A program made the translations under genes and the position numbers. Below, piece by piece: positions 34,616-44,437 of a stretch of DNA of 53,521 bases. Below the pieces are notes generated by a model. The model did not search any database. It was not told the DNA's origin and saw only the letters and a program-made list of their open reading frames with translations. Position 1 is the stretch's first letter; every line of letters begins with the position of its first letter. Source of the DNA: an uncultured Clostridia bacterium (GTDB lineage Bacteria > Bacillota > Clostridia > Christensenellales > UBA1242); assembly GCA_947623775.1 (NCBI GenBank), contig CANQHL010000001.1, positions 1 to 53,521 on the forward strand, given 5' to 3'.

Positions 34616-35722
34616 ATGAAAAAGTTATTTTTATTTTTAGCAATTATTTTTATTTTTCCAATAATTAATTTAAATGCGATTTCTTTTGCCGTAGATGGAG
34701 ACGCATACGAAAGTTATATCGTGTACAATGAAAAAGGTGATGTTATATGCGAACGGAGTTCAGTGGAGGTTGGCGATAGTTTTATCACCAATGATTTTTG
34801 TGAATATGAAATTGTTCGTCTTGAAAATCACAAGGCATATGCCGTTTTAGTAAAGCAACATGAAAAACCAAAGATAGTCGCAAAGAAAGATTTATATAAA
34901 AAGAAAATGTCACAGCGTGGTGAACTTAAAAAGAAAATATGTTTATACATGACCCACAATGATGAAAGTTACACTCCAAGTGACGGCTATGATAGTGTGT
35001 ATGGTGCGGGTGGAATTCATGATGTCGCAAGGCAACTTAAATCATGTTTGGAAAAGAAAGATATAGAAGTTGTGCTTGATGAAACACTGCATATTCCTCA
35101 CAATAGTTCGGCATATTCTCGTTCGGAGCAGACTGCAAGAAGATTGCTTGAAAAAGAACGACCAGATGCCATGTTTGATGTGCATAGAGATGGCGTAAGC
35201 AGAAGTTATTATTATGTCAACAACGGCGAAGAAGAGTTTTCAAAAATAAGAATTGTGGTCGGGAAGTCCAATCCAAATTTTGATGAAAATTATCAATTTG
35301 CACAGAGCGTGTTTGCACTTGGCAACGAGATGTATCCATCTCTTTTTTCAGATATTTATCTTGGAAAGGGACATTATAATCAAGCCTTGCAGCCAACAGA
35401 TCTTTTGTTTGCGATGGGAACTTATTTGATTGAAAAACCGCTTGTATTCAATTCCATTCCTATGCTTGTTGATGTTCTTGACACAATACTTTATGCAAGC
35501 GAAATTGACGACGATGGTAACATTGAAGTTGAACAGCAGTTGCCGGCAGACAATGGTGTAAAATTTTTTGAACCGCAAGGGAGTAATAAAGAAAACGAGC
35601 CCACACAGAAGAAAGGTGGCTGGGTCTGGGCAATGTTAACATCGTTTATCATGCTTGGCGTTTTAATTACGGGTGGCGTATTCCTTTACAAAAAGGGTAA
35701 GCCGGACGAAAAAAACAAATAA
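34616..35722 (+). CDS. spoIIP: Stage II sporulation protein P (SpoIIP-type amidase)
   Basis: N-terminal signal/anchor, then IYMTHNDESYTPSDGY...GGIHDVA...DVHRDG...IRIVVG, characteristic of the SpoIIP domain. C-terminal TM helix. Start placed at ATG 34616 rather than TTG 34580. Confidence 0.7.
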   Translation: MKKLFLFLAIIFIFPIINLNAISFAVDGDAYESYIVYNEKGDVICERSSVEVGDSFITNDFCEYEIVRLENHKAYAVLVKQHEKPKIVAKKDLYKKKMSQRGELKKKICLYMTHNDESYTPSDGYDSVYGAGGIHDVARQLKSCLEKKDIEVVLDETLHIPHNSSAYSRSEQTARRLLEKERPDAMFDVHRDGVSRSYYYVNNGEEEFSKIRIVVGKSNPNFDENYQFAQSVFALGNEMYPSLFSDIYLGKGHYNQALQPTDLLFAMGTYLIEKPLVFNSIPMLVDVLDTILYASEIDDDGNIEVEQQLPADNGVKFFEPQGSNKENEPTQKKGGWVWAMLTSFIMLGVLITGGVFLYKKGKPDEKNK

Positions 35723-35791
35723 ACATTTAGCACACAAGCTTTTTTCCGCATAAATTGTATTATGCTTTAAAGCATTACAAAGGGGAAAGAT

Positions 35792-37612
35792 ATGTGTGGA
35801 ATATATGGATACATAGGTGAAAAAAGCGTTTGCGAAGTGATGAAAGGAATTAAAAGACTTGAATATCGCGGCTACGATTCTGCAGGGATTGCAATTCAAA
35901 CTGATTTGCCGTTTGCAGAAGATGGAAACACAAGGAATGGAGATGGTATAACCACAATAAAAAATAAGGGGGAAATTTCCAACCTTGAAAAAATAGTTTT
36001 AAATAGAGTTGTTAAGTCAAATGTTGCGATTGGACACACAAGGTGGGCGACTCATGGGCAGCCTAATATAAAAAATTCCCATCCTCATTTAAGCCATGAT
36101 GGAAAGTGGGCAATTGTACATAATGGGATAATAGAAAATTATCTTGAATTAAAGGAACAATTATCAAGTGATTTTTTTGTAAGCGAGACGGATACAGAAG
36201 TTGTTGCACAGATGCTGGAAAAGTATTACAATGGAGATGTTTTGTCAACTATAAAAATGGTATGTGAAAAGTTAAAAGGCAGTTACGCTTTTGCCATAAT
36301 TACTTCACATTGCAAAAACAAAATTTTTGTGGCAAGACAAAACAGTCCGGTTGTTGTCGGATATGGGAAAAATTACAGCGTTGTATGTTCGGATATAAAC
36401 AGCATAAAGGGTGATAGAATTCTCATGATTGAGAATGGGCAATTTGCGGTGTTAGAGAAAGGAAAACTCAGTGTTTACGACAACTGCTTAAAGGAAATTG
36501 ACATAAATGAACTTGGCGAAATTGAGAAAGCGGGAGGAGAAAAACTTGGTGATTATTCTCATTACATGCAAAAAGAAATAGAAGAAATTCCAATTGCCAT
36601 AAAACGGACGGTAAAAGCGTATGCAAATGTTGAAACGCTGGAAAAAATTTTGCCAAAAAAGAGATTTGAGAAGATTAAAAACATTTTGATAATAGGCTGT
36701 GGAACGGCTTATCATGCAGGATTGGTTGGGCAACGGCTTTTTGAAGAAGAAGGGATATTTTGCGAAAGTGCCATAGCTTCTGAATTTAGATATAAGCCAT
36801 TTACAGAAAGGAAAAACACGCTGGCAATTTTTGTAAGTCAAAGCGGAGAAACGGCGGACACCATTGGTGCATTAAAACTATGCAAACAAAAAGGGTTGAA
36901 AACACTTGCAATAACAAATGTTAAAAATAGTTCCATAACATTTGCTGCAGATTATTGTATCTACACCAACGCGGGAAGTGAAATAGGAGTTGCAAGCACC
37001 AAAGCGTATAATTGTCAACTTGCGGTGTTCTATATTTTGTCGAAATATTTTAATTATTTAAAACATGGTGATTTAAAGGCATATGATGAGGAGATAAAAA
37101 ATTTAAGACGCATAGCAAAACTTATCAAATATAATGACAATAAACATATTTGCAGCAAGTTGGCACAAAAAATACATAAGGCAAGAAGTATCTATATGAT
37201 AGGTCGAGGACTGGATTACAACATTGCACAAGAGGCATCTTTAAAATTAAAGGAAATTTCCTATATTCATTGTGAGGCATATCCGGCAGGCGAATTGAAA
37301 CACGGCACAATATCTCTTATTGATAAAAACACCTTTGTTTTTGCTTTTGTCACTCAAGAGAAGATAAAGGATAAAACATTTGGAAACATCAATGAAGTTG
37401 TTGCAAGAGAGGGGAAGATAATTTTATTTTCGCCATTTGACAACGCTAACAAAAAAGTTTGTGAGGAGGTGAAAGTTCCTAAAATAAAAGAAAGATATTA
37501 TCCTTTATTTATAATAAATTATTTACAATTAATATCCTATTACACAGCACTTCTGCTTGGGAACAATCCCGACAAGCCGCGTTCACTTGCAAAGTCTGTT
37601 ACAGTGGAGTAG
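35792..37612 (+). CDS. glmS: Glutamine--fructose-6-phosphate aminotransferase
   Basis: MCGIYGYIG N-terminal nucleophile, two SIS domains and the conserved C-terminal PRSLAKSVTVE. Confidence 0.95.
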   Translation: MCGIYGYIGEKSVCEVMKGIKRLEYRGYDSAGIAIQTDLPFAEDGNTRNGDGITTIKNKGEISNLEKIVLNRVVKSNVAIGHTRWATHGQPNIKNSHPHLSHDGKWAIVHNGIIENYLELKEQLSSDFFVSETDTEVVAQMLEKYYNGDVLSTIKMVCEKLKGSYAFAIITSHCKNKIFVARQNSPVVVGYGKNYSVVCSDINSIKGDRILMIENGQFAVLEKGKLSVYDNCLKEIDINELGEIEKAGGEKLGDYSHYMQKEIEEIPIAIKRTVKAYANVETLEKILPKKRFEKIKNILIIGCGTAYHAGLVGQRLFEEEGIFCESAIASEFRYKPFTERKNTLAIFVSQSGETADTIGALKLCKQKGLKTLAITNVKNSSITFAADYCIYTNAGSEIGVASTKAYNCQLAVFYILSKYFNYLKHGDLKAYDEEIKNLRRIAKLIKYNDNKHICSKLAQKIHKARSIYMIGRGLDYNIAQEASLKLKEISYIHCEAYPAGELKHGTISLIDKNTFVFAFVTQEKIKDKTFGNINEVVAREGKIILFSPFDNANKKVCEEVKVPKIKERYYPLFIINYLQLISYYTALLLGNNPDKPRSLAKSVTVE

Positions 37613-37620
37613 TTTTTATT

Positions 37621-37648
37621 AAAACAATCGTTTAACGATTGTTTTTTT
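37621..37648 (+). terminator. glmS intrinsic terminator
   Basis: AAAACAATCGT-TTA-ACGATTGTTTTTTT. Confidence 0.75.
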
Positions 37649-37713
37649 GTGACCATAATTGTTGACACGACAACAAACATGTGCTAAAATATAGACTTGT
37701 TAGGAGAAAAAAT

Positions 37714-38172
37714 ATGGATAGATATAACAAATTTTATTCTTTAATATCAAGTATAAACAAGTGCATACAAAAAATAAAAAATGAGGAAATGGCACCACTC
37801 GGATTAAAGGGCAAACAGGTGCAGTGCATTTATCATTTATTCAATGAAGAAGAAGGGATTTCGCTTTTAAATTTATGCCGTGTGTGTGGAGAGGATAAAG
37901 GTGCTATGTCACGTACAATCAGCGAACTTGAAAAGGGTGACTATTTATATGTGGAAGAGGCTAAAACTCAAAAATACAGAAATCCTATAAAATTAACAAA
38001 CCGTGGCAAGGAAGTGGGCAAATTTATAAACGATAAAATCAACGAAATGTTTTCTATTTGCAGCGAGGGTGTAAAAGAGGAAGAGCGAGAAAAATTTTAT
38101 GAAATTTTATCTATGGTTGAGGTCAACTTGAAGAATATTTGCAAAAATTATGATGGGGGTGAAGATGATTAA
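37714..38172 (+). CDS. MarR-family transcriptional regulator
   Basis: About 150 aa with a winged-helix pattern (LGLKGKQVQCIYHL...LNLCRVCGEDKGAMSRTISELEKGDYL...LTNRGKEV). AGGAGA RBS before ATG 37714. Confidence 0.6.
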   Translation: MDRYNKFYSLISSINKCIQKIKNEEMAPLGLKGKQVQCIYHLFNEEEGISLLNLCRVCGEDKGAMSRTISELEKGDYLYVEEAKTQKYRNPIKLTNRGKEVGKFINDKINEMFSICSEGVKEEEREKFYEILSMVEVNLKNICKNYDGGEDD

Positions 38173-39013
38173 ATTATTGGTTGATTCGTCCTCTGATATT
38201 GATCAAGAAGAAGCCGACAAATTTGGAATTACCTTGTTGCCTATGGAGGTAAGGTTTGGAGAGGAAGAATATTTAGACGGGGTGACTCTTTCGCACAAGA
38301 GATTTTTTGAACTTTTGATTGAAAGTGATGAGTTGCCAAAAACCAGCCAAATAAATGAGTTTAGATATGAGGAAGCATTTTCAAAATTGACTCAAAATGG
38401 AGATGATGTGATTGCAATTGTTCTTTCCTCAAAACTTTCAGGCACATACAATTGTGCATGCGATGCGGCAAAAAAGTTTAACGGCAAAGTAAGAGTTATT
38501 GATAGTTTAAATGCCTGCGTTGGCGAGAGAATTTTATGCCAATATGCCATTAGACTAATAAATGAGGGATTGGCAATTGATGAAATTGTCGCAAAACTTG
38601 AAGAAAACAAGAAGAAAATAAAACTGCTTGCACTTTTAGACACTTTAAAATATCTTAAAAAAGGCGGCAGAATTTCTGCAGTTGTCGCACTGACGGGGGA
38701 AGTGTTCAATATAAAGCCTGTTGTTTCCGTTGAGGATGGTGAGGTGAAATTGGTGGGAAAGGCAATAGGTTCCAAAAAGGGAAACAACCTTTTAATGCAA
38801 ATGGTTGATGGCTGTGGAGGTATAGATTTTTCAATGCCTTATGCTGTTGCTTATTCCGGTCTTTCAGACGCCCTTTTGCAAAAATATCTTGAGGACAGCA
38901 AGGAAATATGGGAAAATAATACAGATGCCGTGCCTAGATATATGATAGGCAGCACGATAGGCACACACGTAGGTCCGGGTGCAATAGCGGTATGTTTTTT
39001 TGCCAATAAATAA
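38165..39013 (+). CDS. DegV-family fatty-acid-binding protein
   Basis: IKLLVDSSSDI N-terminus, then TSQINE..., LSSKLSGTY and LKKGGRIS motifs typical of DegV. Confidence 0.8.
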   Translation: MIKLLVDSSSDIDQEEADKFGITLLPMEVRFGEEEYLDGVTLSHKRFFELLIESDELPKTSQINEFRYEEAFSKLTQNGDDVIAIVLSSKLSGTYNCACDAAKKFNGKVRVIDSLNACVGERILCQYAIRLINEGLAIDEIVAKLEENKKKIKLLALLDTLKYLKKGGRISAVVALTGEVFNIKPVVSVEDGEVKLVGKAIGSKKGNNLLMQMVDGCGGIDFSMPYAVAYSGLSDALLQKYLEDSKEIWENNTDAVPRYMIGSTIGTHVGPGAIAVCFFANK

Positions 39014-39114
39014 AATTTTGCATATTATTTATAAAAAATATAGAAAATAAACTTAACTTGTTTGACATAGTATTAAAAAAAATGATATAATACTTAATGT
39101 AAAAGGAGAGAATT

Positions 39115-41169
39115 ATGCAAAAATCTGGTTGGGGAAGAAGATTTAAATTAGCACTTATATTCTGCATCATACTCGGAATAGTCGGGTTTGGAGTCGGCGT
39201 ATTGATCGGCTATCTCATGGGTAAGGATTTAAAGTCCGCTTTATACAGCACAGAAAGCCCTTATTCACTTGTTTGTGGTATAATTGGTGCGTTAGTAGGA
39301 CTTGGAATGGGATTATTTAGCCGAAGAAAAATCAATGCAAACTCAAATATCGGTGTTGATACAGAGGGAAAGGAATCGGATGTTGCTTTCGATTCAAAAT
39401 TTATTACGCCTGAAGAAATGAAAACCGATAAGGAACTTATTTACACAACATGGGGAAATTTGCCAAAATGTAACAAAACGGGATTTGTATTCAGAAACAA
39501 ACAGTCGGGCGGACACTTTGAAATTAATATGAAACCTGAAACGCACGCACTTGTTTTAGGTACAACTGGTACCGGTAAAACTCAGGTACTTGCAAACCCT
39601 ACAATAAGAATTCTTGCACACTCAGGCGAAAAGCCAAGCATTGTTATGACCGACCCTAAGGGTGAACTTTATGCCGACAATGCGGCAGTTTTGCAAGAAG
39701 AGGGTTATAAAATTATAGTTTTAAACTTGAATGATCCTTATGCGTCGTCCATGTGGAACCCAATGGAGATTGCATATAAAACATATGAAAGAGCAGGCAA
39801 CCTTGAAAAAGAGGTTAAAACATTTAATGATAAAACTCCAGATGAAGCCGGCTATGCAACATTCAAAGATGATGTTTTAATGGGACAAAAGTACGGCAAA
39901 ACTTGGTATGGTTTTGAGGGTAAAGCGTTTCCAACAAAAGAGATGTTACAACAAGAGTTGGAATCAAGACAAGTACAACTTGAGGACGAAGCAAAGAGTG
40001 ATATAAGAAACATTTCACTTTCACTTATTCCTGAGGATCCAAACAGTAAGGACCCAACATGGACAAATGGTTGCCGTGACTTCATTACAGGTATTATGTA
40101 TGCCATGATGGAAGATACAAGAGACCCAAGACTTGGAATGACTCTTGATAAGTTCAACTTCTTTAACCTTTACAAAATATGTATGAGAAGAGACCCTGCC
40201 GGTGATAGAGAAAGTGCATTAAAAACAGTCACAACCTACGCAGACGGAAGAGATAAGGTAAGAGGAAACGTATTCCAATTGATGAGTGGTGTTTGCCTTG
40301 CCGGTGGTGTAACTCAAAGATCATTCCTTTCAACACTTTCATCTTCAATAGGTAAAACACTTGGTGATGAAGGTATATTGTTCTTAACAAGCGGTACTGA
40401 TATTGACTTTACAAAGATACCAGAGCAGCCAACAGCATTCTTTATCAGAATTCCAGACCATAAAACAGAGAGACACCCACTTGGTGTACTATGTATAAGT
40501 CAATTATATAAAGTTCTCGTTGACGTTGCAAACAAAACAGTCAATCCAAAAACCGGTAAGGGTGGAACATTGAAGAGACCTGTTTACTTCATCTTGGATG
40601 AATTTGGTAACATGCCCGCTGTTCCAAACTTTGGTACAATGGTAACCGTATCGCGTTCAAGAAAGATATTCTTTGAAATAATCTTGCAATCATATAAGCA
40701 ACTTGATATTAAATATGGACCTGATGAAGCACAGAACATTCGTGGTAACTTCCAGATGGAAGTGTTCCTAGGTTCAGAGGACCCAACAACAATTCAAGCA
40801 TTCTCAGAGGCCTGCGGTGAAACAACGGTATTTAATGAAAATATTTCAAGATCAAGACAAACAAACAGAGATGTTGCATCAAGTGGTGAGCAAATTACGA
40901 TTGCAACGCAAAGAAACAGAAAGCCATTGCTTGATAAGCAGGAATTGCGTCAACTTCCGAGATGGACCGTCGTTGCAAAGATTTTCCGTAAGGCGATTAT
41001 GAAAGATATTATGACTCCATTCTATGAAACAAAATGTATGGAAAAGAAGTCTGCTCCGCCAATTGTTTCAATGTCAAAGAAACTTGATATAGACAAAATT
41101 TATTACGATATTGATAGAAGAAATCAAATTGTTATGGGTAAGCAAAAAAATCCATATGAGGAAGACTAA
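39115..41169 (+). CDS. VirD4/TraG/TraD-like type IV coupling protein (T4CP) homologue, orphan
   Basis: Two N-terminal TM helices, Walker A in HALVLGTTGTGKTQ, then VMTDPKGELY, NPM, YFILDEFGNMP (Walker B-like) and SRSRKIFFEIILQSYKQL, in the order typical of T4CPs. No other conjugation genes are in the window. Confidence 0.7.
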   Translation: MQKSGWGRRFKLALIFCIILGIVGFGVGVLIGYLMGKDLKSALYSTESPYSLVCGIIGALVGLGMGLFSRRKINANSNIGVDTEGKESDVAFDSKFITPEEMKTDKELIYTTWGNLPKCNKTGFVFRNKQSGGHFEINMKPETHALVLGTTGTGKTQVLANPTIRILAHSGEKPSIVMTDPKGELYADNAAVLQEEGYKIIVLNLNDPYASSMWNPMEIAYKTYERAGNLEKEVKTFNDKTPDEAGYATFKDDVLMGQKYGKTWYGFEGKAFPTKEMLQQELESRQVQLEDEAKSDIRNISLSLIPEDPNSKDPTWTNGCRDFITGIMYAMMEDTRDPRLGMTLDKFNFFNLYKICMRRDPAGDRESALKTVTTYADGRDKVRGNVFQLMSGVCLAGGVTQRSFLSTLSSSIGKTLGDEGILFLTSGTDIDFTKIPEQPTAFFIRIPDHKTERHPLGVLCISQLYKVLVDVANKTVNPKTGKGGTLKRPVYFILDEFGNMPAVPNFGTMVTVSRSRKIFFEIILQSYKQLDIKYGPDEAQNIRGNFQMEVFLGSEDPTTIQAFSEACGETTVFNENISRSRQTNRDVASSGEQITIATQRNRKPLLDKQELRQLPRWTVVAKIFRKAIMKDIMTPFYETKCMEKKSAPPIVSMSKKLDIDKIYYDIDRRNQIVMGKQKNPYEED

Positions 41170-41204
41170 TTGAATTAAGATAAACAATTTAAAAATCTTT
41201 TAAA

Positions 41205-41251
41205 GAAAAAAGCATATTGAAATTGGACGATCCCAATCAATATGCTTTTTT
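41205..41251. terminator. Long bidirectional terminator hairpin between the T4CP gene and veg
   Basis: AGCATATTGA(AA)TTGG-ACGATC-CCAATCAATATGCT, flanked by an A-run and a T-run. Confidence 0.7.
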
Positions 41252-41480
41252 ATTCTTCCAAGAATATAACATTTCCACATAGTACATCATAATATGAAAA
41301 AGTTTGAATATTTTTTTCTTCTATTGCAACAGTAAAAACACTTGGATAAACATCTTTAATAATACCACTTAGAGTGTCGAATTTTTTTCGTCCACGATTG
41401 ACATTCATTTCAACCTCTCTTCCTTTCAAAGAAAGAATTTTTGTTTTGACTTGTTCAATACTAAGCCCTGCTTTTCTCAT
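41250..41480 (-). CDS. veg: Veg protein
   Basis: 76 aa. IEQVKTKILSLKGREVEMNVNRGRKKFDTLSGIIKDVYPSVFTV...SYYDVLCGNV matches the conserved Veg family pattern. Confidence 0.8.
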   Translation of the reverse strand: MRKAGLSIEQVKTKILSLKGREVEMNVNRGRKKFDTLSGIIKDVYPSVFTVAIEEKNIQTFSYYDVLCGNVIFLEE

Positions 41481-41589
41481 GGTGATTCCTCCTAAAAAAT
41501 TTTTGCCAACTTTTCAAAATTTTAAACATTTTAGTAATAAAATCAACTTACGCCTCGTAATATATCTCGTAAATGTATTTGGAGGTCGT

Positions 41590-43104
41590 ATGGCATTTGA
41601 AAAGGAAAAATTTAATGTGGCAAGAAAGGTTAATTTAAACAGAGGTGAATTAACCGTTGAGTGCAATCTTTCTGCGGGAAGCAGTGTGGCAAAGGTGCTA
41701 TCGTTGTCAGTTGAGGGCTATGTTTTAACAAGTGAAACGCTCAATGGAGCAATAAACTATTCGGGGGCGGTTGATTTAAAACTTGTTGTTTTTGGTGAAG
41801 ATGGAGAAATAAATTCAACATGCTCCACGTGTCCTTTCTCTTCAAAATTTGAGGGAAATGAAATTGAGAATGGGCAAGATGCTTTTATCAAAGTCAAGGT
41901 GATTGATTATAATGTGGAATCAATTGGCGGAGAAATGGTTAAAGTTGGAGTTATGCTTGAACAAAGCGGGTATATAATTACCAACAGAGAAGTTGCGTGC
42001 CTTGCTTGTCACGATGATGATGTCTGTATCAAACAAGAGGACATAGGTATAATAAAGTATCTTGGAAGTGCCAGCGAAGAGATAACAGTTGAAAGTGAAA
42101 TAAATTTAAGAGAAAATATTAAAAAAGTGCTTTTGACGGAAAGCCATGTTTTAGTTAGAAATGTGGACTGTGGAGTTGGTTTTGTGACGATAAGCGGTGA
42201 TGTTATTTCGAGAGTTTTGTATTTAAATGAAAACGATAAATTTGAAAGTGGATATATCAACGATACATTCAAACAAGAGGTTGAACTTGCACCATGCACC
42301 AGAGAATCATTTGTTGATGGAAATGCCTATGTTAAGCAAGAAAGTGTGGTCACTGAAATTGTGCAAGATGAAAAGGGTGGCAAGATTGTAGTGAAAGTTC
42401 CGGTGACATTATCTTCAACTGCGTTTGAGGAAAGCAAAATGCCGGTGATTCAAGATTTATACAGCACCAAAAATGAAATAAACGTTACAACTGAATCATT
42501 TAATATGTCCAAAATATCTCAAATAGATGTCGTTGAAGGAAAAATAGAAGGTTCATTGACATTGGAAGAAGAGCATCCTCGTGTTGATAAATTGCTCTTT
42601 AATGGTGGAAATAGTTTGACTATAACAAACAGCTATATAAAAGATGATGAAATTGTAATTGAGGGAATTGCAAAGACAAGTGCCGTTTATTTGAATGATG
42701 AAGATTCCTCATTGCATAGCGTACAACTTGATGTTCCATTTGTACTATCTGATAAATTCACAGAAGAGGAGGGCGGTGAACTTCATGTTGATGCAATTTT
42801 AGATGATGTAGATGTAGTTGTGAAAAAGGGAAGAGAGATATATTATGATGCAAAAGTTAAAGCGTGCGTTTACTACAGCCATGATGTAACGCAGGGAATA
42901 ATAAGTGATGCAAATGCGGCGGAGGAATTTGGCGTGAAGGACTATGCCATGGAAGTGATATTTGCACCTGCTGGAGAAGATTTGTGGACTGTTGCAAAGA
43001 ATGCAAAAGTGAAAGAAGAACAAATAGTTGCTCAAAATCCTGAAGTTGTTTTTCCGACAATTGAAGACACTCCACTTGTATTGTTTTATCAGCGTGTAGA
43101 ATAA
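41590..43104 (+). CDS. DUF3794-like repeat protein (possible spore-associated)
   Basis: GGAGG RBS before ATG 41590. The track ORF start at 41374 would run antisense through veg. Repetitive beta-rich modules resemble DUF3794 proteins, but this is a weak assignment. Confidence 0.45.
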   Translation: MAFEKEKFNVARKVNLNRGELTVECNLSAGSSVAKVLSLSVEGYVLTSETLNGAINYSGAVDLKLVVFGEDGEINSTCSTCPFSSKFEGNEIENGQDAFIKVKVIDYNVESIGGEMVKVGVMLEQSGYIITNREVACLACHDDDVCIKQEDIGIIKYLGSASEEITVESEINLRENIKKVLLTESHVLVRNVDCGVGFVTISGDVISRVLYLNENDKFESGYINDTFKQEVELAPCTRESFVDGNAYVKQESVVTEIVQDEKGGKIVVKVPVTLSSTAFEESKMPVIQDLYSTKNEINVTTESFNMSKISQIDVVEGKIEGSLTLEEEHPRVDKLLFNGGNSLTITNSYIKDDEIVIEGIAKTSAVYLNDEDSSLHSVQLDVPFVLSDKFTEEEGGELHVDAILDDVDVVVKKGREIYYDAKVKACVYYSHDVTQGIISDANAAEEFGVKDYAMEVIFAPAGEDLWTVAKNAKVKEEQIVAQNPEVVFPTIEDTPLVLFYQRVE

Positions 43105-43121
43105 TTTAATTTAAAATCGTC

Positions 43122-43148
43122 AAAATAGGCAAAAAATGCCTATTTTTT
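43122..43148 (+). terminator. Intrinsic terminator
   Basis: ATAGGCA-AAAAA-TGCCTAT followed by TTTTTT. Confidence 0.65.
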
Positions 43149-43204
43149 GTTGTTTTTTCACAAAAATGATGGCAATAATATTTTCACAAGAAAAAGGAGC
43201 AGTT

Positions 43205-43729
43205 ATGAAATACGTTTTGGCGGTTTGCTGTACGGTGGGGCTTGCACTTATATTTATATTTTGTCCAATTAAAAATATCGGCACTCCCGAACCTGAATAT
43301 TTGAGAATACATATTCGGGCAAATTCTAATTTAAGTGAGGATCAACGTGTGAAATATAAGGTAAAAAATGCAGTTGTTGATGCACTTATTCCTATTTTGT
43401 CAAATATCGAAACTTTTGATGAGGCAAAAAGTGTTATGAGGCAAAATTTTGATTTGATTGAAAAGGTGGCAAATGAAGTTTTATTAAATGAGGGATTTTC
43501 CTATAAATGTGCGGCAAGCATAGACAATGAGTATTTTCCCGCACGTGCATATGATAACATCACGCTTGATGCCGGCTATTATGATGCACTAATTTTAAGA
43601 TTAGGAAATGGCGAGGGTGACAATTGGTGGTGCCTGGTTTTTCCGGCATTTTGTTTTACAAATTCGCAAAATTCCGACAATATTGTATATATTTCTAAGA
43701 TTTGGGAGATAATTAAAAGTGTAATCTAG
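43205..43729 (+). CDS. spoIIR: Stage II sporulation protein R
   Basis: Signal/anchor helix followed by LRIHIRANSNLSEDQRVKYKVKNAVVD, the conserved SpoIIR N-terminal block. AAGGAG RBS before ATG 43205. Confidence 0.7.
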   Translation: MKYVLAVCCTVGLALIFIFCPIKNIGTPEPEYLRIHIRANSNLSEDQRVKYKVKNAVVDALIPILSNIETFDEAKSVMRQNFDLIEKVANEVLLNEGFSYKCAASIDNEYFPARAYDNITLDAGYYDALILRLGNGEGDNWWCLVFPAFCFTNSQNSDNIVYISKIWEIIKSVI

Positions 43730-43738
43730 GAGGAATTT

Positions 43739-44425
43739 ATGAAAAAAAGACTTTTAATTGTCGTCGTGCTTTTCTTTGTTTTTGCTTTTTCCTTGACCGG
43801 AGTTGGCTATGCAATGAAAGGGGATGCAATTGACTCTCAAAATGAAATACAAAGTGTTGAAACGCTCACCACAGCGGAAAATAAAACTGTGCAGACCAAA
43901 TTGAAACGTTGGGGGTATTACACAGGTTCAATTGACGGGATATATGGGCCAAAAACTAAAGAGGCGGTAAAATATTTTCAAAGAAAAAACGGACTTACGG
44001 CAGATGGCATTGTTGGACCTAAAACCGCAGCAGCACTCGGAATGACAATATCTTCTAGCAAATCAACGCAATCTTCAAACGACTTATATCTTCTTGCAAA
44101 ATGTGTCTATGCTGAATCCAGAGGAGAGCCTTATACAGGGCAAGTAGCAGTTGCAGCCGTAATATTAAACAGAGTTAAAAGCCCATCTTTTCCAAATACG
44201 ATTTCAGGGGTAATATATCAACCATATGCCTTTACAGCGGTTAATGATGGACAAATAAACCTCACACCAAACAGTACGGCATATAAGGCTGCACAAGATG
44301 CACTCAATGGCTGGGATCCTACATATGGTTGCTTGTATTATTACAATCCTGCCACAGCAACCAGTTCATGGATTTGGTCACGAAAAACAGTGGTTACAAT
44401 AGGAAAGCATGTATTTGCTATGTAA
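43739..44425 (+). CDS. sleB: Spore cortex-lytic enzyme SleB-like (PG_binding_1 plus Hydrolase_2)
   Basis: Signal peptide, a peptidoglycan-binding repeat (LKRWGYYTGSIDGIYGPKTKEAVKYFQRKNGLTADGIVGPKT) and the cell-wall hydrolase block LLAKCVYAESRGEPYTGQVAVAAVILNRV. Confidence 0.8.
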   Translation: MKKRLLIVVVLFFVFAFSLTGVGYAMKGDAIDSQNEIQSVETLTTAENKTVQTKLKRWGYYTGSIDGIYGPKTKEAVKYFQRKNGLTADGIVGPKTAAALGMTISSSKSTQSSNDLYLLAKCVYAESRGEPYTGQVAVAAVILNRVKSPSFPNTISGVIYQPYAFTAVNDGQINLTPNSTAYKAAQDALNGWDPTYGCLYYYNPATATSSWIWSRKTVVTIGKHVFAM

Positions 44426-44437
44426 AAGGAGATAAAA

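Noticed and set aside
35723-35791. I looked for a glmS ribozyme upstream of glmS, as is typical in Firmicutes.
   Set aside because: The spacer between spoIIP and glmS is only about 69 nt and extremely AT-rich, too short for the roughly 170-nt ribozyme core. No conserved ribozyme core was visible. It may be genuinely absent, but I cannot call a feature here.
39115-41169. Calling an integrative conjugative element or other mobile element around the VirD4-like gene.
   Set aside because: The window shows no integrase, relaxase, VirB4, replication gene, flanking direct repeats or tRNA target, and there is no obvious compositional shift. One gene is not enough to define a mobile element.
41374-41589. 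The long N-terminal extension of the DUF3794-like ORF in the track (start at 41374).
   Set aside because: The extension runs antisense through veg and has no RBS. ATG 41590 is preceded by GGAGG and gives a sensible N-terminus (MAFEKEKF).
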